From positions 1 to 56,093 of IMG/VR virus record IMGVR_UViG_3300021962_000005: 56,093 bases of DNA. One strand, written 5' to 3'. How positions within the stretch are numbered: the stretch's first letter is position 1; each line of letters begins with the position of its first letter. Source of the stretch: a virus. Taxonomy: Duplodnaviria; Caudoviricetes. The notes under the pieces are model-generated. The model had not been told where the DNA came from. It worked only from the letters and a program-made list of their open reading frames with translations, and made no database searches. This document shows, one piece after another, positions 8,877 to 18,826 of this stretch. The translations under genes were made by a program, and so were the position numbers.

Positions 8877-9338
8877 ATGGAATTTAACACGCCGGAAGCT
8901 CTCTATCAGCACTACAAGAATGTCCGCCAACGCATTGAAACGGCCTCCAAAGAGGCGGCAATAAAGAATGGCGTCATCGTACTCCCAATCAAAAAATTGC
9001 CGCCGCCTGAGCAGAAAAGAGCGGCAGAGACAGAGCAAAGCGAAGAAACTCCGGTCATAGAGATGGAGCCACCAAAACACCTCAACGACACGCAAAGGAT
9101 CATGTACGAGATTGCCCTCAAGCACGGCATTCTTGTGTCAGATATGCGCGGACCTTTGCGCCTGAAGAAGTTTGTACTTGCGCGTCAAGAAGCAATGTGG
9201 GAGATTAAACGTCAGAGGCCAGACTTGTCCCTGCCACAGCTTGGGCGCATGTTTGGCGGGCGAGATCATTCGACAATAATTCACGGGATCCGGACGCACC
9301 AACAGCGTCTAGATTCTGGTAAAGAATTGTGCGTCTAA
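8877..9338 (+). CDS. DnaA C-terminal (domain IV) HTH protein
   Basis: ARQEAMW...LSLPQLGRMFGGRDHSTIIHGIR matches the DnaA domain IV signature. Confidence 0.85.
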   Translation: MEFNTPEALYQHYKNVRQRIETASKEAAIKNGVIVLPIKKLPPPEQKRAAETEQSEETPVIEMEPPKHLNDTQRIMYEIALKHGILVSDMRGPLRLKKFVLARQEAMWEIKRQRPDLSLPQLGRMFGGRDHSTIIHGIRTHQQRLDSGKELCV

Positions 9339-9447
9339 TCGAACGCGCACAATACTCGTCAGAAATGGTTCTGGCGGGTGGACATTGGGCCAACGTTAAG
9401 TTCCTTCCAAGGTCCTTGTCTCTGTTTGATGACTCCGAAACTGACTT

Positions 9448-9474
9448 GCCCCCGGCTTTGGTCGGGGGTTTTTT
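9448..9474 (+). terminator. Rho-independent terminator at the convergence of the replication and late operons
   Basis: CCCCCGGC-TTTG-GTCGGGGG followed by a T run. Confidence 0.75.
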
Positions 9475-10102
9475 ATGACCACGTTATTGTTACGCGACCA
9501 GCTCCGCCGATGGCTAGAGGAACACCCGCAGCGCCTGTACCTCCGGCACCAACAACAATATTTATCGAAGAGCCTACGTTATCGGTAGTTGTATAAGACG
9601 CATAGCCGCCGCCACCTCCGCCAGAGACGGAACGATAATTTCCTCCGGGTGAAAGAGTGGCGTATCCCGCACCGCCGCCACCGGGGGGAGTGCCCGCACC
9701 CCCTGCTGTGGTATAGTAACCCCCCGCGCCACCATTACCGCCACTACCGCCAGTTGGGTATGGGTATGCTTGCAAGCTATCTCCACCAGAAACAGTTGTT
9801 GTTCCTGTAGGGCCAGACCCAGTTCCGCCAACACTGGTTACACTCCAAACAAGACCCGCCTGACCGCCATTACCAATCAAGGTTCCTTGCGCAATTACGG
9901 CAGTCGAGTTGCCTCCACTACCTCCCGGACCATACGACCCGCTATTGTACCACGCTCCACCGCCGCCTCCACCCCATACTTGAATTGTTATGGTGTTGTA
10001 AAAAGGTACTGTGAACACGTATGCCCCGGCAGTCGTATAAGACGTACTGCCGGGGGTTACTGGTTTGGCTGCGGTAGTGGCTAACAGCAGAAATGACGAC
10101 AT
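9473..10102 (-). CDS. Glycine-rich virion/tail fibre-associated protein
   Basis: Likely start MSSFLLL overlapping the upstream stop; VWGGGGGG, GGGGGGY, IVVGAGG, GRVTITW. Confidence 0.75.
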   Translation of the reverse strand: MSSFLLLATTAAKPVTPGSTSYTTAGAYVFTVPFYNTITIQVWGGGGGGAWYNSGSYGPGGSGGNSTAVIAQGTLIGNGGQAGLVWSVTSVGGTGSGPTGTTTVSGGDSLQAYPYPTGGSGGNGGAGGYYTTAGGAGTPPGGGGAGYATLSPGGNYRSVSGGGGGGYASYTTTDNVGSSINIVVGAGGTGAAGVPLAIGGAGRVTITWS

Positions 10103-10965
10103 CAGGTGAGCCCTGTACCCATAACAACAAAGATGTTTGTGCCCACGCAGAGAACAGAACATAGGCCGTATGATGGAAGTGTTCTGTTGCCAGTGCTGGT
10201 CGTACCAGCCCAACGAAGAGTTACACTGGTTCCCTGCGTAATGGTCTGAGAAGAGCCGCTATTGTTATATATTCCAACAACTTGGCCAACAGAGAATACA
10301 CCTGTGGGGACAGTGACGCCGCCCGTAGTGATGCTGATATATTTGCCCGCGTCTGCAGCAACAAGAGAGTAGCTACCGCTCTGTGCGTTTGCCGGAATGT
10401 CGCGCACGTCACCCAGAGCGTCGTTGATTACTGCGCCCGTTAGGTCTCCCGACGCAGTAACTGCCCCCGTAACGTCGAGTATAGACCCATCCCACGTCAG
10501 GTCTGCCGACCCGGTGAGGGCGTTGCCCGAGTTAAAAATGACTTGCGTGTTAGATCCAGCAACAGTCGTCGTGGCGCGAATGTTTGTCCCGTCCGAAAAG
10601 ATTACGACGTTCTGGTCTCTTGTTATGGTGGCAGAAAAACCACCCCCACCCGATGCAATTGTTACAGACCAAGGGCCGCCAAAGGCGTCCGTAGTCGTGT
10701 TACGAACAATCCATACACCTCCAACACCGGACGGGATCGTGTAAATCACACTTGCCGAGATAGACCCTGAAATCTGAAAGATTAGGTTCTGATAGTCGCT
10801 GGTGGAAAGCGTGGCGGATCCGCTAGTCGCGTTCAGGTTGAGTACACCGCCCAGAGCCTTGTCGAGAATATCTAGGTCGCCGTTCACCGGCACGTTCCAA
10901 GTGTCGACGTAGTCGCCGTTGGCAGGCTTTTCGAGAGACTTGTTCGTTGTGTACGACGATGCCAT
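10102..10965 (-). CDS. Tail fibre/spike-type structural protein
   Basis: MASSYT..LEKPANG...TWNVPVN anchor-type N-terminus; beta-rich; C-terminal ADAGKYI..GVTVP domain. Confidence 0.7.
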   Translation of the reverse strand: MASSYTTNKSLEKPANGDYVDTWNVPVNGDLDILDKALGGVLNLNATSGSATLSTSDYQNLIFQISGSISASVIYTIPSGVGGVWIVRNTTTDAFGGPWSVTIASGGGGFSATITRDQNVVIFSDGTNIRATTTVAGSNTQVIFNSGNALTGSADLTWDGSILDVTGAVTASGDLTGAVINDALGDVRDIPANAQSGSYSLVAADAGKYISITTGGVTVPTGVFSVGQVVGIYNNSGSSQTITQGTSVTLRWAGTTSTGNRTLPSYGLCSVLCVGTNIFVVMGTGLT

Positions 10966-10975
10966 TGGGGTGACC

Positions 10976-13519
10976 TCAAATGTGCTGGTTTGCTACTTCA
11001 AGGGCTTTCGCGACCTGATCGTCGCTCTCCTTGAGAAAATCCTCAGTGCTCTGACAAACCTGCTTCCGCGCCGCATTCGCCAGTGCCCGCAAGTTTACCG
11101 CACCCTTAACCGATCCGCCAGTGGCGCGGCCCTCCCGGTCTGGGCGGATGGTTAGTGGACGCGGTTCTTCTTTCCGCATCTCCTGAAGCGCAGCAGGCTG
11201 CCCGGCAATGGCTATACCCCGCAAAACTTTCCCCAGAGCTTCTGCCGTGGTCTTGTCCGGCTTTTGAAGAAGAGCCCGCATAACTACCGGGTCTCTCACC
11301 GCTTCTTGCAATTTTGCAATTGCCTGCTCTCTTGTTCCCGAAAAAACTATATCGTTGAAGAAGTTGGTAATCCTGTTTGTTGCTCGGCCCGTTACCCCCG
11401 AAACACCCGCAGCGCCAGCGGCAAGTTCCGCCCCAGCCAAACTTGTATTAAATGCTTTTTGGGCAATGTTCGTCAAAGCAGCCAAGGCAGCCCCTTCGCT
11501 CAATGCGCCTGCTGCTCGGCCATACAATATTGTAAAGATGTTGTTGTCTGCCAGCCTGTCTATTGTTTTCGTTGTAACAGGCTGCATAGGCTTTCCAGTT
11601 GCCTGCAAAACTTTAGCAGACCGCTGCACTGCATCAAAAAACCGTGCGTTCTGCGGGTCAATGGCTTTCATCGAAGACCCGTTTGCAGACAGAAAATCGT
11701 AAATCGCTTTCGGATTTCCGTTGTCTATCAGGCTATTGAAACGGTCCGACAATGACCTTGCTGCCGCAGCAACTTCGCTTTCGCCAGCCCGCCTAGTGAT
11801 CTGGCCTATGCGGTTTCTGAGATTTGGTATCTGATCCACCAACGAAGCATATTTTGGATTGGCCAAAAACTTCTGAACATCCGCCTGCGATACGACCTTG
11901 CTGCCGTTTTTTGTCAATTCTCCAACGAGCCAGTCAGACACATGCCGGTCAATATTTATGCCGGGTATCTGTCTGGCGAGTCTCAGGTTTTCAGGGGCGT
12001 TCACCCCTGAAAACAATTTCTGAAGAGACGCCTCCGGAGCGCCGGACCTCAACTGTGCGATGGCTTTTGGGTCAAAAAGGTCGTGTATCTGAGCGGTCAG
12101 TTTTCGAGCTTCGTTCCATGTAGAACGAGCAGCCCCTGTCGTATCGCCAAAAACTATATTCTTTTCATTGTTCAGTATTTCAGCAAGTTTTCTTGACAAC
12201 AGACTATGGGCGTACCCAGCCGGGTCATTGTTGTTCTTGTAGAATGCGCGAGACATACCGCTAATTGTAGATCGCAGAGCTTGCAACTCTTGGAAAGGTA
12301 TTTGCGGCCCGGAAATGTTTTTTATTTCGGTAATCATCTTCTGTATCTCAGGAGACAACATGGCTCTCTGAGCGACAGGCATTGAATTAACGATGCCCTG
12401 TAATTGGTCTATAGATTTATTTTTGTACACGCGGGCGCGAACAAGCTCCGGCGTATTCCAGAGAGCCTTGGCAGCAGTCTCTATTCTCTCGGCGGCGTCG
12501 TCTATAACACTGTACACGTTTCCGGCGGCAGATGATTGGGGGTTTGCCCCCATAAGTCCGTAAGATCCCGGCACGTCCACCGGAGGAACAGAAGTTTTAG
12601 CGCCCTGAATTTGAGACCCAAAGGCTTCTCTGGATGCTTCCTTCTGCGCTCTGAGAGCCGCCTCCCCCTCCGTCATTCCAGCTTTACTAGCCGCAGCAGA
12701 CACACGTCCTTCGAGCCCGGCTGCTTCTTTTCCGCCAAGAACCTGCGCCGTTGTTGGCTCTACCCCTCTAACATATTCTCCCGGCCTAGCTTGCCCAAGT
12801 TTCTGGGCGACATCGCTTGGATCCGTAAACGCTTCTTTAGCTGATTTTACCGCAATGTCTTCGGCGCGGGTCGCGACATTTGCCGCCCTTCGCGAGGATA
12901 AAGCGCCAAGGGTTCCAGCAGTGCCGATACCTCCAGCCAAAGCGCCAGCCGCCCGTAACAACGGCTCTGCCCTGCTGCCCGCAAAGACTTGGCCAGCTCC
13001 TTCGGAGCCAACGCCAGCGCCAACACCCGTAGCAAGTTTCATTGCCATGCCACCCGGCCCAATAAATGACCCCGGCATAAACTCACCGACTGTTTTTGCA
13101 TATTTTTCAGCAGTCGTTTTTGGTTCATAGGATTTACCGAAACGATCTTCATATGCTTTTTGAAGAGCGGGAGTGCTGATGTAATCAGAAAGATTAAACG
13201 GTTTTGGCGCGTCTTTTGGCAGTTCTGGCCGAGGTAGAACCAAATCAAATAACCTGTTGGCTCCTTCTCGCGCATAACCAACAAGATCAGTTGGTAACCC
13301 AGCGACACCGATTGCACCTTTAACCAGACCGCTCCCAGCAGCGCGAGCAATCCCCTCCGCCGTGTCTGTCCAAGTCTTTGGTTCCTCTACAGCGGCGGGT
13401 GGTGTTGGGTCGGATTTTCTATACCAGACAGGTGGCTCGCCAGACGCCTGCGGAGGTACGCTTTTTTCAGGCGTTGATGGAGTATCTTCTTTTTCATACC
13501 AAATAGGTCTGTCAGTCAT
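10976..13519 (-). CDS. Putative internal virion/DNA ejection protein (847 aa)
   Basis: Ala/Gly-rich helical protein following the ejection protein; RATGGSV near the C-terminus. Confidence 0.65.
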   Translation of the reverse strand: MTDRPIWYEKEDTPSTPEKSVPPQASGEPPVWYRKSDPTPPAAVEEPKTWTDTAEGIARAAGSGLVKGAIGVAGLPTDLVGYAREGANRLFDLVLPRPELPKDAPKPFNLSDYISTPALQKAYEDRFGKSYEPKTTAEKYAKTVGEFMPGSFIGPGGMAMKLATGVGAGVGSEGAGQVFAGSRAEPLLRAAGALAGGIGTAGTLGALSSRRAANVATRAEDIAVKSAKEAFTDPSDVAQKLGQARPGEYVRGVEPTTAQVLGGKEAAGLEGRVSAAASKAGMTEGEAALRAQKEASREAFGSQIQGAKTSVPPVDVPGSYGLMGANPQSSAAGNVYSVIDDAAERIETAAKALWNTPELVRARVYKNKSIDQLQGIVNSMPVAQRAMLSPEIQKMITEIKNISGPQIPFQELQALRSTISGMSRAFYKNNNDPAGYAHSLLSRKLAEILNNEKNIVFGDTTGAARSTWNEARKLTAQIHDLFDPKAIAQLRSGAPEASLQKLFSGVNAPENLRLARQIPGINIDRHVSDWLVGELTKNGSKVVSQADVQKFLANPKYASLVDQIPNLRNRIGQITRRAGESEVAAAARSLSDRFNSLIDNGNPKAIYDFLSANGSSMKAIDPQNARFFDAVQRSAKVLQATGKPMQPVTTKTIDRLADNNIFTILYGRAAGALSEGAALAALTNIAQKAFNTSLAGAELAAGAAGVSGVTGRATNRITNFFNDIVFSGTREQAIAKLQEAVRDPVVMRALLQKPDKTTAEALGKVLRGIAIAGQPAALQEMRKEEPRPLTIRPDREGRATGGSVKGAVNLRALANAARKQVCQSTEDFLKESDDQVAKALEVANQHI

Positions 13520-16500
13520 AAGAAGTTACTCCGAAATAACGGCTAATTCGACCAACACCGGAATACTGCTCACTCTTTGCTTTGTCATAGGCTTTAGCGT
13601 ACTCTTGTGGGTTAGTCGATAACTCTTTAAGCGCAGCGGCGGTACTTTTTCTTTTAAGAGTTTCAATCCAGAACTTCTTTTCTGCTTCATACTTTGATTG
13701 AGGCGAAGCCCTCTTAAAGGCTTCTTCAAAGTTTGCTGCAAAACCACCGCTATCCTTCTTGTATCTTTGCCAAAAAGCATTTCGGTCAATTGCTTTTTGA
13801 TTTTCAACAATCATAGAAGCAGTCAGAGTAGCTATGGTATCTGAAGTCATATTCGCATTTGGAAAAGCGGCAGCAAGTTGATTAAGGGCTTCGTAACTTT
13901 TCTGCCCAGCAGTCCCGACTCGCGAAAGAGCACTTAAAGACCGTGCTTTTCTCAATACTTCATCGGAACTTCCAACATCTGATATGGTTTTGCCAAAAAA
14001 CGCATCCCCCTTCCCGGCCATCTTGGCAATTGTATTCATGGCTCGCAACATAGCAATTCTCTTTTCGCCCCCGGTGCCAGAGGCTGCTACACCTTCTGCC
14101 GTCGCAATTACGTTGGCGTCTTTTGCAACTTGTAGAATATTTGACCTATCGTTGGTGGAGGCAGAAGCCTGAGCGTTTATTTCTTTTATTTTATCTTTTG
14201 AGCTTTCAAGAGCGAGGTTTCTTTCAGCTTGGTTGCTAATGTTACCAGAAACTTTTTTCTCATTTTCCGCCATGGACTTGATAGCTGGCGTGTAAGTATA
14301 ACCAAACGTCACCTTTCCGGCTTCGGGCTTTCCGGCTTCGGGCTTTCCGGCTTCAGGCTTTCCAGCGCCTACCTTTGCAGGCTCTGCGGGAGTGCGCGTG
14401 CGTTTTATTTCTTCGTTAATTTGTTTGAGCCTTTCGGGGGGAACATCCGCCGCGCCTACCTGCTTAAACTCTGCACCACTCTTTCTAAGGTTCTCAAACT
14501 CATCTTGGGTGACTGCTCTTATACGTCCGTTCTGTTCAACAAGATAGAAAGTTCCAAATCCCGGTATTGCATACAGACCAAGCCGCTGTGTCTCTGCCGC
14601 CGTCTTACGCGCCGTCTCTGCCTGAACTGCCGCCGGACCCTTAGCCTTCTCTTCTTCCGTCTCCTGCTTACGCAGGGCGGTGTAGGCGCTCGTGCCGCCA
14701 ACAAGGCCCTCGCCGATTGCTCCACCAAGCGTCGGGCGCGTCGAGGCCAGCATCGAGCCGATACCCGCAAGAGCGGGAACGACAAAGTTCTCTGACGTCA
14801 GGGCCTCTGCAGTATCAGGGCTGACGCCCATGCTACCGAGCAGGCTTTTGCCGCCGGTGCGCCACGGGGCCGAACGCGGAGCATCCTTCACAAACTGGCC
14901 GGGCTCTTTGCTGAAACGATAACGAGAGTCCGCCGGACGAATGACGTCTTTTGCAGTCTCAATTGCTCCTGCGGCAGGCATATCGGCGTACTTGGCGTCG
15001 ATTGCCGGGTCGTAGCGGCCAGCCTTGGACATGACGTTGCGGGAGTATTTTTCTTTTGCTGAACCGGCATTGTACGCCATCAGTGCCTCGGGGCTTGATG
15101 GATCAAGGCCGAGAGCCCGCGCCTTATTGGCCAGATAGTTTGCGCCGAACAAGATATTGGCCTGCGGGTCGCGAAGGCTCTCGGGGTCAACACCCTTCAT
15201 ACCGTAGCCCGGATCCCGAGCGGTGCTGGGTTTAATCTGCGTCAGACCAATTTCACCAACACTGCCGGTAGCGTCCTTACGGAAACCACTTTCCTGCGCA
15301 ATCTTTGCCGCAATGATTGACGCCGGAATGCCTGTCTCAGCCGACGCCTTGGCAATCAGCGGCTGCAGTTCGCGTGGAACATTGAGTGCCGTCTCTACAG
15401 CGCCCTCTGCAGGCATGTCGGGATCGACGTACAGACCGCCGGTCTGAGCAGCCTGACGGGGAGCTAACCCCGTGGCGACGTCCGTCGCCCGCTTATAGTC
15501 AAGCATCTCCAGACCGCCGATGTTATGGACGGCGCTGCGGTCGCTCTCGGTCGTCATCAGGCCCATGCGGGTCCGGTTGTCGCCGTTGTTGTACTTGAAG
15601 GTATGGACCGGCTGCCCGTTGAACAGGTGGCCAACAACCCCGTCATCGTGCTTAACGCGAGGATCAGAGAAACCAAGGCTTCCTATTTTCGCGGCTATTG
15701 CAGCAGGCCCTAGCGCCTCCGCTGCTGCAACAGGAGCCGCCGCAGCGGCAGCACCCAATGCTTCAGCGCCGAGTGCGCCAGCCGCACCCGCGCCAGCGGC
15801 TTCAGCGCCCAATGCGCCGAGACCTGCACCTGCGGCTTCGGCGGCACCGAGACCTGCGCCTGCAGCTTCGGCAGCCCCCGCGGCCCCGGCAGCTTCAGCG
15901 CCACCGAGGATATTACCAAGACCCGAGGCGGCCTTGGATCCGGCGTCGTACAGAGACTTGCCAGTCTTTAGAAGATTGGTCAGTCCCGCAACCCCGCTGT
16001 CGCCACCCTGCGGACGATTGCTAGGCGGCTGCGCCGGGTTAGCCTTTGGCTGACTGGCTCCGGACTTTATCGTCTCACCCAAGAGTTCAGTAAAATCACC
16101 GGACCCAGCATTTACAGGCTTAATGGCTTCGTCTTTAGAGAAAAATTCTGCCGAGCTTTCATCGTCATTGGCGTATGGCGTCTCGTTGTCGACAAATCCT
16201 TTAGTCTGATACCCAGTACGTCCGCCGCGGGCGAGGAACTCGAAGGCGTCTTCCGGGAAGGGGGCCAGCTCAATAGCACGGGCGAAGTCGCCAAGATCAA
16301 TTGGCGTATCGCTCGCAGGAGCAGCGTACATGTCTTCGAGAGAAGAGCGTGCGGCGCTCGCCGGCGCAGTCGTCGTGACGGACTTTCCGCCGCCGGTCCA
16401 CTCGTCCCTTTGAGGATTAAAGCCTGCGGTTCCCAGATTGGCGGATCCTCCGCCCGGCACGACGGACATTTTATTTCTGGCCCAATCGTAGGCTCCAGAA

Positions 16501-18257
16501 CCAGCCCTCATCAGTGAGGCCAACTGTTGCCCAGTGGCGGCAGCTTGCGCAAGTCCGCTGGGGCGAGCAGAGGGCGGGCGGCCTGCTGTCGCCAGCTTCG
16601 CGACGGCAACCGGGTTCTTAGCCATCGAGGCGTAGCCGCCACCAGAGCCGGGCGTGCCGCTTGCGCCAGCGGGAGACTTGCCGCCGTACATTCCAAGCGC
16701 GGCCTGCTGCGCCCTAATAATATTGGCCCAATCCATATCAGTCATGCCGCCGCGAGCACGCTCGGGACGACCACCTGCGCCGTAGTAACCGGGCCGATCC
16801 ACATAACCACCGCGTGCCAAATTGTCAGACCAGACGGGTCCTTCAATCATCCGCTGCGAGCGGATGCCCGCCAGTTTGTCCATTAACTGCTGCCGACGCT
16901 GCTGCCCATAAGCTTCGCCGCTTTCGAGAGGGCGGCCACTATACAGAGACGCCAACTCTGCTTCCCACCCTTCGCGCGTGCCGAGAGACAATCCTTCAGC
17001 CTGCGGAGCGCGATTAATTGGGCCAGCAAACGGCTGGATCGGAATGACGCCGCCAGCAATATTTGGTTGCGGGGACACAAAAGACAAACCAGTTGGGCGA
17101 GCTTCGATTGGAGCAGGGGCAACAGCGGTAATCTGGTGCGGCTGGAAAGCCATCAATCCCGCTTTTGGCGCAATAGGTTTATCTTCAAGTGGACCACCTT
17201 CAGCTTTTTTGGCTGCGTCGGCTGTCGCTTTCTTGTAGTCGACCGTGAGAGCCTTCGCGCCGCCAAGCCCCGGAACCTCAGCTTTTCCAACGGCTTCTGG
17301 ATGCTTCTCGGCAACTTCCTGCGCGGACAACCCAATCTGTGTGCGTTTGTCGCCCTTGTAATTGAAGCTGTAGATGGTTTGACCGTCTTTGGTCTTACCA
17401 ACCGGACGCATGTTCTCCTTGAGACGCTCGTCAGAGAAAAATCCTGCAGGCTGCGTCGTCGTGGTCGTGGATCCGGACAGCGAGCCGGTCCCCATAGCGA
17501 TGTTAGCAAGGAACTGCGCAATTTGGAACGGATAGGCGCGTTCCTGTTGAAACTGATTGTAGAGCGCCTGCAGGCCAGCCTGCTGCGTCTGCTGCTCCGT
17601 AGTGCCCGCAGAAATCTGCGCCTGAGAGCCACCAAGAAGAGCTTGTTGTGCGCCACTCCCCAGACCAGCAAGCTGTTGGCCCGCAGCTAGTTGCCGCTGC
17701 AGATCTTGAGCGACGACCCCCTGCTGACCAGCGGCTGTTTGAATAGCGTTTTGGTACGCCTGCTGATAGATGGGATTGATAGCCTGCGCCATACCAAGAC
17801 CCTGCTGACGGGCCAGATTGGCCATCTGAATGCCTGCGCGGTCTCCACCAAAGGCTCCCGAGCGAATAGCATTGCCTATCGCGCCCTGCGTCTGTTCGGC
17901 CTGCTGCTGCTGCAGCGCGGCAACGGTGGGGGCCACTACAGCTTGAGTATATGGGTTTTGATAGTATTGTATCTGTTCGGGGCTGAGAGCCCCCACATTC
18001 TGCGCACCGCCCATAGTCATACCGGAGGCAGCCTGATAATAGGGCTGCGCCATGCCAGCGGCCTGATTTACGTTAGATAATCCAGCCTGCTGCGTCGCCG
18101 TCATAGGAGCGACGAAGGCGTTCGGGTCTCCGGAATACTGTTGGAAGGGCTGTTTGGCGACGGTATCGGCGCGAGCATTTACTGCGTTGTATCGAGCAAG
18201 TACCTCGGGGGGTATCTGTACCTGCTGCGTAGTAGTTTGCGACTTGCCACCGCCCAT
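13512..18257 (-). CDS. DNA ejection/pilot protein (1581 aa) with two Peptidase_S74 domains and an SLT domain
   Basis: MGGGKSQTTTQ Gln-rich N-terminus; SDERLK and SDPRVK S74 starts; QESGF..GLTQI..AYNAG transglycosylase. Confidence 0.8.
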   Translation of the reverse strand: MGGGKSQTTTQQVQIPPEVLARYNAVNARADTVAKQPFQQYSGDPNAFVAPMTATQQAGLSNVNQAAGMAQPYYQAASGMTMGGAQNVGALSPEQIQYYQNPYTQAVVAPTVAALQQQQAEQTQGAIGNAIRSGAFGGDRAGIQMANLARQQGLGMAQAINPIYQQAYQNAIQTAAGQQGVVAQDLQRQLAAGQQLAGLGSGAQQALLGGSQAQISAGTTEQQTQQAGLQALYNQFQQERAYPFQIAQFLANIAMGTGSLSGSTTTTTQPAGFFSDERLKENMRPVGKTKDGQTIYSFNYKGDKRTQIGLSAQEVAEKHPEAVGKAEVPGLGGAKALTVDYKKATADAAKKAEGGPLEDKPIAPKAGLMAFQPHQITAVAPAPIEARPTGLSFVSPQPNIAGGVIPIQPFAGPINRAPQAEGLSLGTREGWEAELASLYSGRPLESGEAYGQQRRQQLMDKLAGIRSQRMIEGPVWSDNLARGGYVDRPGYYGAGGRPERARGGMTDMDWANIIRAQQAALGMYGGKSPAGASGTPGSGGGYASMAKNPVAVAKLATAGRPPSARPSGLAQAAATGQQLASLMRAGSGAYDWARNKMSVVPGGGSANLGTAGFNPQRDEWTGGGKSVTTTAPASAARSSLEDMYAAPASDTPIDLGDFARAIELAPFPEDAFEFLARGGRTGYQTKGFVDNETPYANDDESSAEFFSKDEAIKPVNAGSGDFTELLGETIKSGASQPKANPAQPPSNRPQGGDSGVAGLTNLLKTGKSLYDAGSKAASGLGNILGGAEAAGAAGAAEAAGAGLGAAEAAGAGLGALGAEAAGAGAAGALGAEALGAAAAAAPVAAAEALGPAAIAAKIGSLGFSDPRVKHDDGVVGHLFNGQPVHTFKYNNGDNRTRMGLMTTESDRSAVHNIGGLEMLDYKRATDVATGLAPRQAAQTGGLYVDPDMPAEGAVETALNVPRELQPLIAKASAETGIPASIIAAKIAQESGFRKDATGSVGEIGLTQIKPSTARDPGYGMKGVDPESLRDPQANILFGANYLANKARALGLDPSSPEALMAYNAGSAKEKYSRNVMSKAGRYDPAIDAKYADMPAAGAIETAKDVIRPADSRYRFSKEPGQFVKDAPRSAPWRTGGKSLLGSMGVSPDTAEALTSENFVVPALAGIGSMLASTRPTLGGAIGEGLVGGTSAYTALRKQETEEEKAKGPAAVQAETARKTAAETQRLGLYAIPGFGTFYLVEQNGRIRAVTQDEFENLRKSGAEFKQVGAADVPPERLKQINEEIKRTRTPAEPAKVGAGKPEAGKPEAGKPEAGKVTFGYTYTPAIKSMAENEKKVSGNISNQAERNLALESSKDKIKEINAQASASTNDRSNILQVAKDANVIATAEGVAASGTGGEKRIAMLRAMNTIAKMAGKGDAFFGKTISDVGSSDEVLRKARSLSALSRVGTAGQKSYEALNQLAAAFPNANMTSDTIATLTASMIVENQKAIDRNAFWQRYKKDSGGFAANFEEAFKRASPQSKYEAEKKFWIETLKRKSTAAALKELSTNPQEYAKAYDKAKSEQYSGVGRISRYFGVTSYD
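14313..14364. repeat. 15-bp tandem repeats encoding (GKPEA)x3
   Basis: ctttccggcttcggg units within the 1581-aa gene. Confidence 0.85.
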
Positions 18258-18300
18258 ACCATTTCTCCGTTTTCCGGCCCCAGCCGGTCAGCAGGGGACG

Positions 18301-18813
18301 CTATTCAGCCGCCGGCTTCCATTCTCCGGTCTTCTTCCCATAAAGAAAAAAAGCGCCGGACGGTTCGCCAAAAATTCTGCGGTACATTCTGACCTTTCCC
18401 TCAGTCCTTTGATTGGATAGGACACCAATCGTGAGGGGCATGCCAAGCTCGTCCGAGACTCTTTTAGCAAAATCGCATAACTTTCGAGCCCTCCCGCCGC
18501 TTGCCGCCCTGAAGTCGGGATGGATGAACACGGCGCGTTCTTCGAGAATTTGGTGATCACTATACCATATATTCCCAATTCTCAAAAGGATCGCCCCTTC
18601 CGCAGAACCTCCCGGCTCGCTGATTATGCCGATAATGCCTTTATCGCGGTTCAGAGCTGGCCAAATCTCGTACAGCAGCTTCTCCGGGTTTGGAGAAACG
18701 AAGCCGTTTTCTTCGCAGGCGGCCATCGCGAGAGCCATAATTTCGTCCAGATCGTCCGGAGTTGCTACGCGGACAACAAGATTATTTCGCTTTTCACCCT
18801 TTTTCTCAGCCAA
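18301..18813 (-). CDS. GNAT-fold acetyltransferase-like protein
   Basis: VRVATPDDLDEI and VFIHPDFRAASGGRARKL; GNAT-like genes commonly precede podovirus ejection genes. Confidence 0.7.
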   Translation of the reverse strand: MAEKKGEKRNNLVVRVATPDDLDEIMALAMAACEENGFVSPNPEKLLYEIWPALNRDKGIIGIISEPGGSAEGAILLRIGNIWYSDHQILEERAVFIHPDFRAASGGRARKLCDFAKRVSDELGMPLTIGVLSNQRTEGKVRMYRRIFGEPSGAFFLYGKKTGEWKPAAE

Positions 18814-18826
18814 GTGACCCTCTCCT

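Noticed and set aside
15483-17435. Inteins in the 1581-aa protein
   Set aside because: No Hint blocks or C-terminal HN; motifs fit Peptidase_S74
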